Below are positions 11,294 to 21,217 of a DNA stretch of 64,000 nt, in pieces; within the stretch, counting starts at the first letter, position 1; each line of letters opens with the position of its first letter. The stretch is from Escherichia coli (GTDB lineage: Bacteria; Pseudomonadota; Gammaproteobacteria; Enterobacterales; Enterobacteriaceae). The translations under genes and the position numbers were made by a program. A model generated the notes under the pieces. That model was given only the letters and a program-made list of their open reading frames with translations, did no database searches and had not been told where the DNA came from. Where the stretch lies: the NCBI RefSeq assembly GCF_011045215.1, contig NZ_CP049202.1. One strand, written 5' to 3'.

Positions 11294-14136
11294 AATGGTC
11301 CCTTCAGTTGATTCTTTTTCTCATCAATCATTTTTTTCACAGTCTCTTCTGATGGCTCAGGTATTATCTTTTGACTTTCTCGCTCTTCATTATATTTATT
11401 ATTCTGAGATAATGCTTCTGTTTTATGGTGATTTTGTAGTTCAGAATACTGTTTTCTTACAATATTTTCCTCGCCTCGGATGCTGTTCTGAGTATCTCCG
11501 ATATTACCTCGATATTCTGTGACCATATTATCAACCTGATGTTTTACATCATCACGGATATTACTGTCCTGCGTTCTTTGATCAATAATGGCCTGATGCC
11601 CCTGATGGTCAGCAATAATATCCTGGCTGCCACCACCCGAAGGTACGCTCTCCATTCCTTTACCAATATCGCCACGGGATTCACGCCAGGCATTATCAAC
11701 ACCAGGCTGTATCTGTTCCTGCACAAAAGACCAGGCCATCGCCCGACGGCGTTCTGCAATCTCCGGCGAACTGGTATTTGTCAGAATAGCTTCGGCATCC
11801 TGCGGTGCGTGTTTCATCACATACTGTGCAAACTGTTGCGACAAATCTTCACTCATCTGCCCACTCATGCTTTCAGTACGGGATGCCATTTCAGCATATT
11901 CATGGCTGCGGGTCATATTCGTCGTGTACTGGTCGTAACTCTGTTTCGCTGAGTTCAGGGCTGCAGACAGCTGGTCCACACGGGAATCGGCATTATTGTC
12001 AGTATGGCTGCCGGACTCACTGACTTTGCGACTGGTAAAGTAATCGCTGGCCTCTTTAAAGTCCTTACTGGCTTTAGCATCGATATCATGTCGAGCATCA
12101 TGGGTAGCCCTGCTGCCACTACTTGCAGAATGTGAATCATCATCCGTTCGATCAAGACTTCCCTTAAATCCGCCTCTGACACCAACTCCACCACCAACCC
12201 CAAGAATTTTAGGTTTAATCCCCCATTCAGCATGAGCATCTGCATATCCGCCATACGAGAACTTAGAACCTGTTGATGCCAGTTCCTGAGTCGCCTGCTC
12301 ATTACTGATATTATGCGCTTTCGCATAGCTTTCCACTGCACTGCGCATACGGCTGGCCATCATGGAGTCCTGTGCGCTCATCGTGCTGTCAGCGCCACCG
12401 GTGACAGAATCACTGCTCCCCCGGTTAGAACCAAACTGACTGAGCGTATTCCAGGCACTGGCAATACTGCTGCTGAACCCATGCAGGGCGCTTTCTGCTC
12501 TGTTCGATGCCTCCCGGGCCATTTCCTGTTGTGCCGCCGCAATCTGACGCGTTGCATTGATACCGACCGGTAAACGGGACATCGCTCCGCTTGCATCCAT
12601 AACCATATTACCGTCACGGGTCTGTGTGGCGGTTGCGCCACTGCCGGTCTGGTACATCATCTGACCAAACGACGTGGTGCTGTTGGTGCTCCAGCTGAAG
12701 CCGTTCACGTTTTCCGTCTGCATGTTGCCGTAGGAGTAATTACCGTCAACCACACTGCCTGCTGCACTGGCCGTCGGACTGATAGATGAAGAGGCGAAGT
12801 GGCTGTACACACTGGAAAAACCTGCGCCAAGGCCTTTTACCATCATCCATGACAACGGGGGTATCATGACAGATATATATCCGGCAGTGGACGCCAGGTC
12901 GGAGTATTTCAGCTGTATCTGAGAGAGTTCAGAGAGCACGACCGGTGCACCATTCTGCTTTGCATAGAATGTCATGGCACTGTTCAGAATGGCATACAGC
13001 AACGGCCAGGTCTGGAACCACATCAGGGCAAACACATAGCCCTTCAGTACAGACAGCGTTAACCTGTTGAAGACCGCCGCCAGTACCAGGAGCGGGAAGA
13101 TACCAATGGTAATGCCCACCAGAATGGTCTGCACCATCGGCAGGTTTCGCATCAGCACATGACCAATGGAGACATGTGCCAGACGCTGTTTCTCCATCGA
13201 CGAGGTCGTGGCCAGACTGACCAGGCTGGCGGTATCACCGTTACGGGCTGCATTACTGGTGATACCCTCTTTCAGGGCATTCATGGTGACGTTCTGGCGC
13301 ATAATATGGCTGGCAGACTGGCTGGAGCCGTAGAAATAACTGTAACTGTCACTCACCAGTTGCCTGAATAACAGGTCCGGGTCCGGTCTGCCGCCAAATA
13401 TCTGCTGGACATAATAATGCCAGGTCTTGCCTCCGGTATTCGTATCAAAATTCAGCTTATCCTTCAGTCCGACGGATGCGTCCTTACAGGACACAAACGG
13501 CTCTGAACTGTGCAGAAAACTGTAATTATTATTCGGCACCTGACGTAAAGGGCTGGGCTGAGAAAAGATTATGGTGTACGGGTCAGAGGAGGCCATCAGG
13601 TCTTCCAGCGTGTATTTGTGATTCAGGTAAATATCACCCAGCACGCAGTTCTGGACGTAGTCCTGAAACAGATTGATGATTTCCGGATTCCGGGACAGAA
13701 AATCGGTGCTTTTCACAATCAGGTTCGCCCCGAACAGCATGCCTGTCTTGCTGTAGGTGGCGCTGTCAGGCTGAGCGAACACCATCTCATAGCCGGCCAC
13801 CATTGCATGCCCGATACGGGTCGTCAGTGAAAGTGGCATCGCCAGTCCGACCGGCACATTATCCACCCGATGGACTTTGACCAGGTCACTGTTATCAATA
13901 ATCTGCACCGACGTGCGGACATTAACCAGCAGGCTGATAAGCACAAACACGGCCACCCAGCCCAGCAAATCCATCACGTTGTGCCGCTGTACCCATATCA
14001 CGGCCACCGCGAGAACAGACAATGTGAGCGCAATTTTTTCAATGGAATCCCACGTCCTGGTTCCCATAAAGGCGGCAATGGCGTTCAGGTTATTCCGCAA
14101 CCATTCACCACCGGCAATCACATAAACTTCATTCAC
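11290..14136 (-). CDS. traG: TraG mating-pair stabilisation / entry-exclusion partner (948 aa)
   Basis: N-terminus MNEVYVIAGGEWL..., N-terminal membrane domain, large periplasmic C-terminal part; track start codon reads as GTG overlapping traH stop. Confidence 0.9.
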   Translation of the reverse strand: MNEVYVIAGGEWLRNNLNAIAAFMGTRTWDSIEKIALTLSVLAVAVIWVQRHNVMDLLGWVAVFVLISLLVNVRTSVQIIDNSDLVKVHRVDNVPVGLAMPLSLTTRIGHAMVAGYEMVFAQPDSATYSKTGMLFGANLIVKSTDFLSRNPEIINLFQDYVQNCVLGDIYLNHKYTLEDLMASSDPYTIIFSQPSPLRQVPNNNYSFLHSSEPFVSCKDASVGLKDKLNFDTNTGGKTWHYYVQQIFGGRPDPDLLFRQLVSDSYSYFYGSSQSASHIMRQNVTMNALKEGITSNAARNGDTASLVSLATTSSMEKQRLAHVSIGHVLMRNLPMVQTILVGITIGIFPLLVLAAVFNRLTLSVLKGYVFALMWFQTWPLLYAILNSAMTFYAKQNGAPVVLSELSQIQLKYSDLASTAGYISVMIPPLSWMMVKGLGAGFSSVYSHFASSSISPTASAAGSVVDGNYSYGNMQTENVNGFSWSTNSTTSFGQMMYQTGSGATATQTRDGNMVMDASGAMSRLPVGINATRQIAAAQQEMAREASNRAESALHGFSSSIASAWNTLSQFGSNRGSSDSVTGGADSTMSAQDSMMASRMRSAVESYAKAHNISNEQATQELASTGSKFSYGGYADAHAEWGIKPKILGVGGGVGVRGGFKGSLDRTDDDSHSASSGSRATHDARHDIDAKASKDFKEASDYFTSRKVSESGSHTDNNADSRVDQLSAALNSAKQSYDQYTTNMTRSHEYAEMASRTESMSGQMSEDLSQQFAQYVMKHAPQDAEAILTNTSSPEIAERRRAMAWSFVQEQIQPGVDNAWRESRGDIGKGMESVPSGGGSQDIIADHQGHQAIIDQRTQDSNIRDDVKHQVDNMVTEYRGNIGDTQNSIRGEENIVRKQYSELQNHHKTEALSQNNKYNEERESQKIIPEPSEETVKKMIDEKKNQLKGPL

Positions 14137-15509
14137 AGCGTGCTCCCTCCGAAGTGATAGTTGTTCTGGTAACGACTGAGCATGCGGGCGGAAAGCTGCT
14201 GACGCATATAGCTCATCTGACGATCGACAACCAGCAGCGCATCCTGCTGTACCTGCACCTGTGACTGAAACGCCGCAATCTGCCGGGTGGCATCATTCAT
14301 GTTGTCGTTAATATGCTCGATAACCGCTTCGTCATAATTTCCCGTGGCCACCATCGCCCGGGCCTGCTGTATCAGCTCCTGAATGTACTGCAGCAGGATG
14401 TCGTAACCGATATAGTCCGTCAGCTGGTAAATCATGCTGTTGGAAACACCGAGCATCTGCGGGTCAACCAGGTATTTGAAGACGGGGATGGTGGTACTGG
14501 AAATAAAGCCTTTTTCCTTGTCATCCAGAGGTGTGTCACTGACCGCCTTGTTCTGAATGCTGGCCAGAAGTTTAGTAATCTGAGACTTCAGTGCATTATC
14601 CCGGCTGATGGTCACCGGTGTGTCAGCCACCACTTTCAGGCATTTATCAGAATCGTTGCAGTGATAAATTTTTGCTGTGCCGCCTTCCATCATGGCCCGG
14701 ATAATTGAGCGGTCAGTGGTTCTGGCCGACAGCGGTGTGATTTCGCCGTTGGGACCAAACACCAGTGAGCCGGTCAGCGTCATCACAAACTCTTTCAGCT
14801 CTTTGTTGCCGTCAAACATTCTGTTTTTGGAAAGCGCATTCCACATGATGTTGATGTTTTTGGTCACCCGCTCCTTATCCTTGTCGCCGGCTTTATCCCT
14901 GACGCTGTCAGATTTCCCGCCAACGGTACATCCCTGCCGGGAAGCCGCCCAGTCAGCAAAAATATTGCTCTCACCGGCAATGTCCTGACAGACTTTCTGC
15001 TGGGACACCTGCGTCCGGGGGAAAAGCCCGCCGATAATCCCCTGTGCAGCCTGGCAGGAACTGAGGTTCATACTGTTAATGTCGCTTGCCATTTTCTGCA
15101 GGAAGTCTTTTGCAGTTTTGATTTCCGGCACCGTTGTCTGCAGGGCAAGGTCAAAAAAGTAACCGGCAGCATTGCTCATAATCTGCTTAACAAAACGCTG
15201 CAACTGCTCACCATTGATGTAACTGAACGAACCGAGATAGGCGTCAATGCCGCCACATCCGGCATTGATATCCGGCAGCGTCATGGAAATCAGCTGAACA
15301 TTTTTGACCTGAGTACGGGCATACAGGGAGCCACCGTAAGCATAGCCGGCGGCCTGCCCCTGCCAGACGCCCGGCTGTGTGGTATTGGAAGCAAACCCCA
15401 GCTTGTTAAAGAACTGATTCATGTCGCTGTTCACATCCGCTGACGCTGCGGGTGTGACCGTCAGTAAAGCGGCACAAAGAACCAGAAGAGGTTTAATGCG
15501 TGGCATCAT
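14133..15509 (-). CDS. traH: TraH pilus assembly protein (458 aa, signal peptide)
   Basis: 458 aa as in F TraH; N-terminal signal peptide; position upstream of traG. Confidence 0.9.
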   Translation of the reverse strand: MMPRIKPLLVLCAALLTVTPAASADVNSDMNQFFNKLGFASNTTQPGVWQGQAAGYAYGGSLYARTQVKNVQLISMTLPDINAGCGGIDAYLGSFSYINGEQLQRFVKQIMSNAAGYFFDLALQTTVPEIKTAKDFLQKMASDINSMNLSSCQAAQGIIGGLFPRTQVSQQKVCQDIAGESNIFADWAASRQGCTVGGKSDSVRDKAGDKDKERVTKNINIMWNALSKNRMFDGNKELKEFVMTLTGSLVFGPNGEITPLSARTTDRSIIRAMMEGGTAKIYHCNDSDKCLKVVADTPVTISRDNALKSQITKLLASIQNKAVSDTPLDDKEKGFISSTTIPVFKYLVDPQMLGVSNSMIYQLTDYIGYDILLQYIQELIQQARAMVATGNYDEAVIEHINDNMNDATRQIAAFQSQVQVQQDALLVVDRQMSYMRQQLSARMLSRYQNNYHFGGSTL

Positions 15510-15918
15510 TCTCGCCCTCCCTTAATTTGTTCTCCCGGCGCATACGGCGTTTCAGCAGGAATATCCGGACACCCCCGAATATTATTTCGCACAACGGCAA
15601 CAGAGAAGCCGCAGCAAGAAAACCAGCTGCAAGCGCATATAACATAATCGGAATGACATACATCAGGATGTTCCACATATAACGAAAATTATTTAATTCC
15701 GGGTCAGCTTTCCACGAATCAATACCGGCACTGAAAAAATCATGCATAACGTTCCTTACAATCAATCCGGCAACAAAGAAAACCACAAAAAGCCAGAAAT
15801 ATTTTTTTGCATTATCACAGCTGCGCTCAATACCCCGCTTAATTTTTCTGATTTTGAATTCCTGATTCTTTTTGTTTTCTTTCATTATAAGTTTCCTCTG
15901 ATATTTCTGATAATTCAT
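15493..15918 (-). CDS. trbF: TrbF-like small membrane protein (start ambiguous; alternative ATG ~15885 with strong RBS)
   Basis: Small hydrophobic ORF immediately upstream of traH, where trbF sits in F. Confidence 0.5.
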   Translation of the reverse strand: MNYQKYQRKLIMKENKKNQEFKIRKIKRGIERSCDNAKKYFWLFVVFFVAGLIVRNVMHDFFSAGIDSWKADPELNNFRYMWNILMYVIPIMLYALAAGFLAAASLLPLCEIIFGGVRIFLLKRRMRRENKLREGENDATH

Positions 15919-16135
15919 TCAGACCGGTCATGCGGCTGTAATATATTTCAGACACCGAAATCCATCCCACAATTGCCCCCACAAAAAACACAACAGAAAC
16001 AGAAAAGGTAAGACACAGCGAAACGACAATTTCTACAGGGCTGGCGGGATAAAAAAGCCCCTGACGGATAAAGGGGATATTCAGGCTGACGATTATTCCT
16101 GTCGCGATGCCGGATATTCCGGCAATGAGTAACAT
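15839..16135 (-). CDS. trbJ: TrbJ-like small membrane protein (98 aa from internal Met; track ORF begins with TTG)
   Basis: Small hydrophobic ORF between trbB and trbF; start taken at MLLIAGISG directly after the trbB stop. Confidence 0.4.
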   Translation of the reverse strand: MLLIAGISGIATGIIVSLNIPFIRQGLFYPASPVEIVVSLCLTFSVSVVFFVGAIVGWISVSEIYYSRMTGLNELSEISEETYNERKQKESGIQNQKN

Positions 16136-16142
16136 CACCTGC

Positions 16143-16688
16143 TTATTTCGCACCTTTTTTCCCTCCGTACATCTGCAGAACGGTATCCATCCGCGCCATA
16201 AAACCAGCGGCATCCGTTGCCCCCTGTAAAAGCGGTAATGCCTCAAGCGTGTTGACGTTGACCAGGAAGGTGGTCGGTGTGGCCACCGGGATATTCGGGA
16301 AGAAGGTCTGCATTACGTCAGGTGGTGCCGGTAATGCCTCCGGAAAAGCCGAATCCCCCTGACCATCCAGGGTGTAGGGAAAAACGGAAAAACCGTACTG
16401 TTGTGCCAGCTGTTTCAGCACCGGGTCAAACTGGTGACAGTAAGGGCAATGTCCCTGCATAAACAGCACCACCTTCCAGTCGGCCAGGTTAACCTGCCTG
16501 CCGTTGCTGAGGCGGAACCAGCGGGGAGCCGTTTTTTCTGTTCTGGCTGACGTACCTGCTGCTGGTTGTGCTGGCTGCGCGGCCATACCCTGCGGATTCC
16601 AGAGTCGTTCAATTTCATCCCGGGTGGAGGCCCGCACACCTGTGGCCATTATCAACAGAATGACCGGCAGTAATTTAGTGAGAGACAT
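16143..16688 (-). CDS. trbB: TrbB periplasmic thioredoxin-like disulfide isomerase (181 aa)
   Basis: Signal peptide plus CPYC thioredoxin-type active-site motif; size and position as F TrbB. Confidence 0.75.
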   Translation of the reverse strand: MSLTKLLPVILLIMATGVRASTRDEIERLWNPQGMAAQPAQPAAGTSARTEKTAPRWFRLSNGRQVNLADWKVVLFMQGHCPYCHQFDPVLKQLAQQYGFSVFPYTLDGQGDSAFPEALPAPPDVMQTFFPNIPVATPTTFLVNVNTLEALPLLQGATDAAGFMARMDTVLQMYGGKKGAK

Positions 16689-16959
16689 GTCCGCCCTCCT
16701 GCTGCCCTTCCATCATGGCCTGTTGCCTGGCTTCCAGTGCCTCACGCTCTTCCCGGCTGACACGTGCAATCCATGCATCCAGCACCTGGTATGCGCCGAA
16801 CAACACAAGGATGGCCGCAATCAACTCCGCCAGAAAAAAAGCCATCCAGGGTTTGCTGTAAACAAGACGGGCGACGATATGAAACCAGACACCCAGGGAA
16901 AATACCCACATTCCCGTAATATCAAGCCGGGGTAAAGAGAATCTGCGTTTACCTATCAT
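16675..16959 (-). CDS. traQ: TraQ pilin chaperone (94 aa)
   Basis: 94-aa membrane protein matching remembered F TraQ. Confidence 0.75.
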   Translation of the reverse strand: MIGKRRFSLPRLDITGMWVFSLGVWFHIVARLVYSKPWMAFFLAELIAAILVLFGAYQVLDAWIARVSREEREALEARQQAMMEGQQEGGHVSH

Positions 16960-17039
16960 GTTAAACTCCGGTTATTATTTACATGAGAGTATTTATGTCT
17001 GTAATATTCGCGTTTGTGTGATATTAATCAGAGGTACAA

Positions 17040-17354
17040 ATGGAAAAGCGATCTTTTAAAGAAAAACTGGAAATAATCAGAAACATAATAAGAGAGTCGT
17101 TACTGGGAAATGCGGCAATTATTGCGCTGATATATGCAGCATCACATTCATTACCGGTCAATGCCTTCCCTGACTATCTTGTAATAAGTTTATTAAGTAT
17201 CGCAGCAGGCATCGTTGTATTATGGTTATTTTCAATTATCTATATTTATTTTTGTGAGCTATTCAGAAGCCACTGGATTGCGGTATGGTTTATCATATGG
17301 TCTTCAGTAATCAACCTCATTATTTTGTATGGTTTTTATGACCGTTTTATATGA
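17040..17354 (+). CDS. artA: ArtA, anti-tra strand small hydrophobic protein (104 aa)
   Basis: 104-aa ORF on the strand opposite the tra operon between traQ and trbA, as for F artA. Confidence 0.55.
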   Translation: MEKRSFKEKLEIIRNIIRESLLGNAAIIALIYAASHSLPVNAFPDYLVISLLSIAAGIVVLWLFSIIYIYFCELFRSHWIAVWFIIWSSVINLIILYGFYDRFI

Positions 17355-17355
17355 C

Positions 17356-17703
17356 TTAGCCTGTCATAAGCCCCCTTATAAAAAACCACATCACTCCGGA
17401 CCATACCGATGACAACATAATACAGATAAATATTCTTCTGAACCTGTCGAAGCTCGTAACGTCCGGTAATGCGGCCGCAACTATTGAAACAACCATTGCT
17501 GCGCCCTGATTCATAATTGCACCACACAGAAACCAGAGACTGGCGGTAAGCACATATAAACACGCAATATTAATAACAAGGAAAACCAGTGAGCTCAGGA
17601 GAAACATTTTCCTGTCATTACGCTCAGAAAAGAAATAACCGGCAATAATGACAAATATTAACAGAACAACACCTGTAAACATTTTCAAATAATCTTCACT
17701 CAT
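17356..17703 (-). CDS. trbA: TrbA small inner-membrane protein (115 aa)
   Basis: 115-aa hydrophobic ORF between traF and traQ, as F trbA. Confidence 0.55.
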   Translation of the reverse strand: MSEDYLKMFTGVVLLIFVIIAGYFFSERNDRKMFLLSSLVFLVINIACLYVLTASLWFLCGAIMNQGAAMVVSIVAAALPDVTSFDRFRRIFICIMLSSVWSGVMWFFIRGLMTG

Positions 17704-17718
17704 AAATCAAATCCGCGA

Positions 17719-18462
17719 TTAAAAATTGGGTTTAAAATCTTCAGAAACGTTCAGGAACTGTTTTGCCAGGTCGTCCTGCGAAATAAAGCCGTATGATAAC
17801 GGGCGAACACTGCCCTGTTTCGGGTCAACCAGCATCATGGCCGGGAAATATTTCACGCCGAGGCGCTGCGCCTGCCCCTGGTCAGTCCGGGAATCCGGCA
17901 ACAGCGGATTAATCACGCCATCCACGGAAACGGGAATAACACTCAGACCATACGTATCCCGGAAGCCATTAATGACCTGCGCCAGCTGCCCGTCGATAGG
18001 GTCCTGACCCCGGTAAAAAAACATGATGCCGTAATGCTCTGCCAGTCTGGCAATAGCCTGTCGCTGCTGCGCCTGGTCTGCCGCCAGCTGGTTCCGGACC
18101 GTGCCGTTGTAATGGCTGTACTGCAGGTTATAGTCCAGTTCGGGATGCGCCAGCATGGCCTTTCTGGCGCTCATGGTGAAAAGCCCGGCCTGCTGAGTCC
18201 AGTAATTCTGCAGCCGGAAATATTTCACAAAATTATCCACGCCGGGATACAGAATGGCTTCGTACAGCGCCCGCTTTGTTGCCGTCTGCAGCGCGGCCAG
18301 TTTCTGCATAATATCCGGCTCCTGACGGGGGGCTGCAGGTACAGGTTTATTTTCTTTTTCCTTTGGACTTATTTTCTCGTTATACCACTGCCAGCCTGCA
18401 TCTTTCCCTGACGCCGGAAAAATAAAGCAGCAGAGTAACAGTGGCAGTAATGCTTTATTCAT
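17719..18462 (-). CDS. traF: TraF periplasmic thioredoxin-fold pilus assembly protein (247 aa from MNKALLPL)
   Basis: Signal peptide; size and position as F TraF; track ORF has a 10-residue in-frame extension. Confidence 0.8.
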   Translation of the reverse strand: MNKALLPLLLCCFIFPASGKDAGWQWYNEKISPKEKENKPVPAAPRQEPDIMQKLAALQTATKRALYEAILYPGVDNFVKYFRLQNYWTQQAGLFTMSARKAMLAHPELDYNLQYSHYNGTVRNQLAADQAQQRQAIARLAEHYGIMFFYRGQDPIDGQLAQVINGFRDTYGLSVIPVSVDGVINPLLPDSRTDQGQAQRLGVKYFPAMMLVDPKQGSVRPLSYGFISQDDLAKQFLNVSEDFKPNF

Positions 18463-18715
18463 CTTCATTCCTTTCATCATTTTTTCTTTCATCAGCTTTC
18501 TGCAGGCCAGTCAGGGCAGAAAAACAAAAATACAGAATAAACAGGAGCACACCGGAGTAAAGGATAACGAAAGCAGCGGCAAGCATCCCGTCTGCCGTGG
18601 TTTCTTTTACCGTATCCCACGACCAGATAATTACCGGGGAAATGACAATCGCTGTAATCAAAAGCCGGATAAGAAAATCAATAAAACGGTTCGACGTGAA
18701 TATGACTTTCATCAT
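18455..18715 (-). CDS. trbE: TrbE small membrane protein (86 aa)
   Basis: 86-aa hydrophobic ORF between traN and traF, as F trbE. Confidence 0.5.
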   Translation of the reverse strand: MMKVIFTSNRFIDFLIRLLITAIVISPVIIWSWDTVKETTADGMLAAAFVILYSGVLLFILYFCFSALTGLQKADERKNDERNEDE

Positions 18716-18738
18716 TTTCCCCGGTTATTTTCCATACC

Positions 18739-20613
18739 TTACAGTCCTGCCTGTTTCAGCTGGTCAGCAATCTGCTCTTTCACTTTCTGCGTCAGAACAC
18801 CACTGTCCGGGATTTTCTGGTTATTCATCAGGTCTTCGTAGAAGTTAGTGAAATCCAGTCTGTCGAACTGAATTTTCTGCAGCTCATCAACCGTAATCCC
18901 CCGACAGTCAGGATGCTTCGCACTGCCAAAACTGATACGCAACTGACCGTTGCGCCCCTGCTGCTGGACTATCTGCGCCAGCTTCGAATCAAACTGACAG
19001 TAGCTGCGTTTTTTCTCCAGACAGACGCCCAGCACTTTCTTCGAACAGAACTCCCCGACGCTGACGGTCAGTTTGTTTGATTTTTCTTTAGCCAGGGCTT
19101 TTTCATCACTGCTGCATTTGGCCAGCCCGATATCCTGTCCCCAGCCGCTGTCCTTACAGCAGTTGCTGTATCCGGCTGCTGCCTTCTTACAAAATTTCGC
19201 CTGACCGGTGAAAGCACGGACATCCACCCCGTTCAGCGCCGCAATATCCTTACCTGCAGCGGCCAGTGCCGCCAGCTGAGAAACAGCTTCGGCAAAATCA
19301 TTACTCTGCCCGCTCTGAGCCTTATCGCATTCGCCATCGAGACAGAAGACGTCTCCCCCACAGAGCATCACTTTCCCGGATGTTTTTGACTCACAGGAGT
19401 ACGTGGCATATTCATGCAGACAGGCACCTTCTTCGGAGTAAAAGGCGCACTGGTGTGACACCAGGGTACAGGCTGGATTGTCGGTGTAGGTCTGACAGGT
19501 TCCCTTGTCTGCTGACTGTGTGACATACGTGTCCCGGTATGCCCAGCAGCTCTGGTACATGCTGTATGACTGACCGTCTTTCACCAGCGTCCTGTTCCCG
19601 CCAGCCTCCGTACATTCTGTTTTTGTCAGTTTCCCCAGCTCCTTGCTGAACGGGCAGCTTTCAGACCAGACAACATACGGGGTGTACGAGGCTTTTTTTA
19701 CCCTGACAACCAGACGCAGCTTCATTGCCGTATGACGTTTGAATTTTGTATTCCCGACCCGGACGGGGTGAGATGACGTAAAAGCCACACCGGCAGTCAG
19801 TGTTTTCTGTACTGGTGTAAATGAGGCATCTGCTGAGTATTTGGCATTCCAGCTCAGTGGGGTTCCCAGTACTGTAATTGTCATAGGTACACTCTTCTGC
19901 AGGTAAGTACGACTCCAGCTGTAATGCGCATCGACAATTTCACCGGTAACGGGAGAGGTAATGGAGACAACATACTGACCATTCACTTCACGTGCAGGTA
20001 GCTGACTCATTTCATACTCCAGCGTCCGGGTTTCCCATGTGGTACTCCCCTGCAGCTCCATACGGGCAGTTCGTGTGCAGTACTGCTCCACCTGTAAATC
20101 CCTCTCACAGGTATAATTCGTGTATTCACTCCGGCTAATCTCCTGCGCACTGCACTGCTGCCCGGTGTTTCCCACAATGCTGTCAGCCCGGTTCACCACA
20201 TCCCTGTCGGTCTGGATAAACGGTGCATCCGGTGAAAGAATGTCTTTCGGCTTGTTCATGAATGACTCTGTGATGGTTTTTCCGGTTTCACCGGTCGCCC
20301 ATTCCGTGGTGCCGTCATTTTTCAGGCCGCCATCCCCGCCGGCAGTCACGCCACCGTAATATTTTGTCTCGTCCGGATTCGCGTTATAGCCGGGGATACT
20401 CTCCTGTGGCTTAAAGCCCTGAATACTGCTGCTTCCCTGTCCTTTGATCTGGTGAGCAAAATCAGAGCCGGCCCGGTAATCACTGTTGCTGTCAGCAAAC
20501 ACAGAAAAGCTCAGGAAAAAAACAATTGCACAAAGATTGCACGGCTTTACGGAATAATTAAAATTCAGAGATCTGAAAAAGGTATTTATCTTTTCTTTCA
20601 TAACCTGAACCAT
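18739..20613 (-). CDS. traN: TraN outer-membrane mating-pair stabilisation protein (Cys-rich; start ambiguous between ATG 20613 and ATG 20601)
   Basis: Signal peptide then mature N-terminus ADSNSDYRAGSDFAHQIKGQG; many conserved Cys residues typical of TraN. Confidence 0.9.
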   Translation of the reverse strand: MVQVMKEKINTFFRSLNFNYSVKPCNLCAIVFFLSFSVFADSNSDYRAGSDFAHQIKGQGSSSIQGFKPQESIPGYNANPDETKYYGGVTAGGDGGLKNDGTTEWATGETGKTITESFMNKPKDILSPDAPFIQTDRDVVNRADSIVGNTGQQCSAQEISRSEYTNYTCERDLQVEQYCTRTARMELQGSTTWETRTLEYEMSQLPAREVNGQYVVSITSPVTGEIVDAHYSWSRTYLQKSVPMTITVLGTPLSWNAKYSADASFTPVQKTLTAGVAFTSSHPVRVGNTKFKRHTAMKLRLVVRVKKASYTPYVVWSESCPFSKELGKLTKTECTEAGGNRTLVKDGQSYSMYQSCWAYRDTYVTQSADKGTCQTYTDNPACTLVSHQCAFYSEEGACLHEYATYSCESKTSGKVMLCGGDVFCLDGECDKAQSGQSNDFAEAVSQLAALAAAGKDIAALNGVDVRAFTGQAKFCKKAAAGYSNCCKDSGWGQDIGLAKCSSDEKALAKEKSNKLTVSVGEFCSKKVLGVCLEKKRSYCQFDSKLAQIVQQQGRNGQLRISFGSAKHPDCRGITVDELQKIQFDRLDFTNFYEDLMNNQKIPDSGVLTQKVKEQIADQLKQAGL

Positions 20614-20629
20614 ACTGGAGAATGAAGTG

Positions 20630-20848
20630 ATGTCATCTCAACTTCAGAACTGTGTTGATTGTGGTAAAGCATTAAGTCGAACAGCCACAACGTGCGGGAA
20701 TTGCAGCTCAACGGACCCTTTTGGAAAAAAACGGCGCAGTGATCGCTTTTACCAGTGGTTTGTAGGGCTGTTTATTACGGCTATTATTATTGCTGGCGGA
20801 TTATGGTACATGGGGCTTCTTGACGTACCGGGATTACTACTCAGATAA
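20630..20848 (+). CDS. Hypothetical small zinc-ribbon protein with C-terminal TM helix (72 aa), antisense to the tra operon
   Basis: ATG at 20630 with GGAG ~10 nt upstream; CxxC...CxxC motif (CVDCGKAL...CGNCSS) and hydrophobic C-terminus; could be a non-coding antisense frame. Confidence 0.35.
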   Translation: MSSQLQNCVDCGKALSRTATTCGNCSSTDPFGKKRRSDRFYQWFVGLFITAIIIAGGLWYMGLLDVPGLLLR

Positions 20849-21217
20849 CGACTTCAGTAACGATATCAGTGTTCTGAAATCGGCACATAACGAGTGACGA
20901 CAATACCGGTTATACCAGTAATGAGGGGTGTCGGGCTGAAGCCTGAAACAGAGCTGAAACTCACTGTTAAAAGCCCCCTTCACCGACCATCCCCATGCCA
21001 GACGTGGTATTGCTGATTCAGCATCCTGCCGCAGTCGCTGCTCAAGAAGGGCAGCCATTTTTACCGGACAGGCAAAGGCAATATAAGGAGGCAGCTTTGT
21101 AACAGGGAAACCATGTCCCTGACAGGAAGCATATGTGCGGAAGCCGTGAATGTTCATCGCGGCCACCAGGGCACGGATCTCCGGATCAATCTGATAATAC
21201 CCGGCAGGTAAAGTCAT
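20837..21217 (-). CDS. Hypothetical protein (126 aa), translationally coupled to trbC; not in canonical F
   Basis: ATG overlaps the trbC stop (ATGA); no recognisable motif. Confidence 0.55.
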   Translation of the reverse strand: MTLPAGYYQIDPEIRALVAAMNIHGFRTYASCQGHGFPVTKLPPYIAFACPVKMAALLEQRLRQDAESAIPRLAWGWSVKGAFNSEFQLCFRLQPDTPHYWYNRYCRHSLCADFRTLISLLKSLSE

